This document shows positions 63,696 through 64,000 of a stretch of DNA of 64,000 bases, piece after piece. A model generated the notes under the pieces. That model saw nothing but the letters and a program-made list of their open reading frames with translations. It had not been told where the DNA came from and did no database searches. This DNA is from Haliotis rufescens. Taxonomy: Eukaryota. Location: the NCBI RefSeq assembly GCF_023055435.1, contig NW_025963979.1, forward strand, positions 5,394,001 to 5,458,000, given 5' to 3'. The number at the start of each line of letters is the position of its first letter. The first letter of the stretch is position 1. The position numbers and the translations under genes were made by a program.

Positions 63696-64000
63696 AACCG
63701 GTAGGATGAGATGGCAATGTCACTGTTAACCTTCTAGCACCTCACAGGTAGCTGCGAATGGAATTCGAGTGCACATTGATCCATGTATATTATATATAGA
63801 GTCCTAGATATGTTGTGTAAAACATCGGACAAGCTAGTTTGAGTCGACCGCTCCAACATGGTCTGTGTGGATTTTGTTTTAATGAATATGCCAGCCCTAT
63901 ATAATATTACCTCATTCAGTGTTTCACTGACTGACTGTGCCTGACCAATAACCTGTGCGTATGGTGCCGTATTTACTATGAGAAGCTAGACTGTCGGAAT

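Overview
Eukaryotic (animal) genomic DNA. The SINE and non-autonomous repeat types suggest a gastropod mollusc, possibly abalone (inference). The window is dominated by one large + strand multi-exon gene for a kinesin-8 of the KIF19 type. I traced 18 coding exons by hand (10419-55168), all bounded by GT-AG and all phase-consistent, giving about 895 aa; the start-codon exon was not confidently found. Introns and flanks hold about 11 unrelated minisatellite arrays (roughly 18-19 kb), four SINE-type families and several non-autonomous DNA transposons (Kolobok-like, hAT-like, pogo/Tc1-like, Helentron/HINE-like). Most unusual observations: (1) a 15-copy 81/83-bp array that repeats the end of a motor-domain exon together with its GTAAGT donor; (2) two intronic minisatellites whose units each read as AG-14 nt-GT pseudo-microexons, one giving about 120 GTAAGT sites; (3) one internal core sequence carried between the termini of several different transposon types; (4) a headless retroposon family whose copies all start at a predicted pseudoknot; (5) a tRNA-like promoter inside a perfect 48-bp inverted repeat with an asymmetric tail. 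The long ORFs in the ORF track are repeat artefacts.
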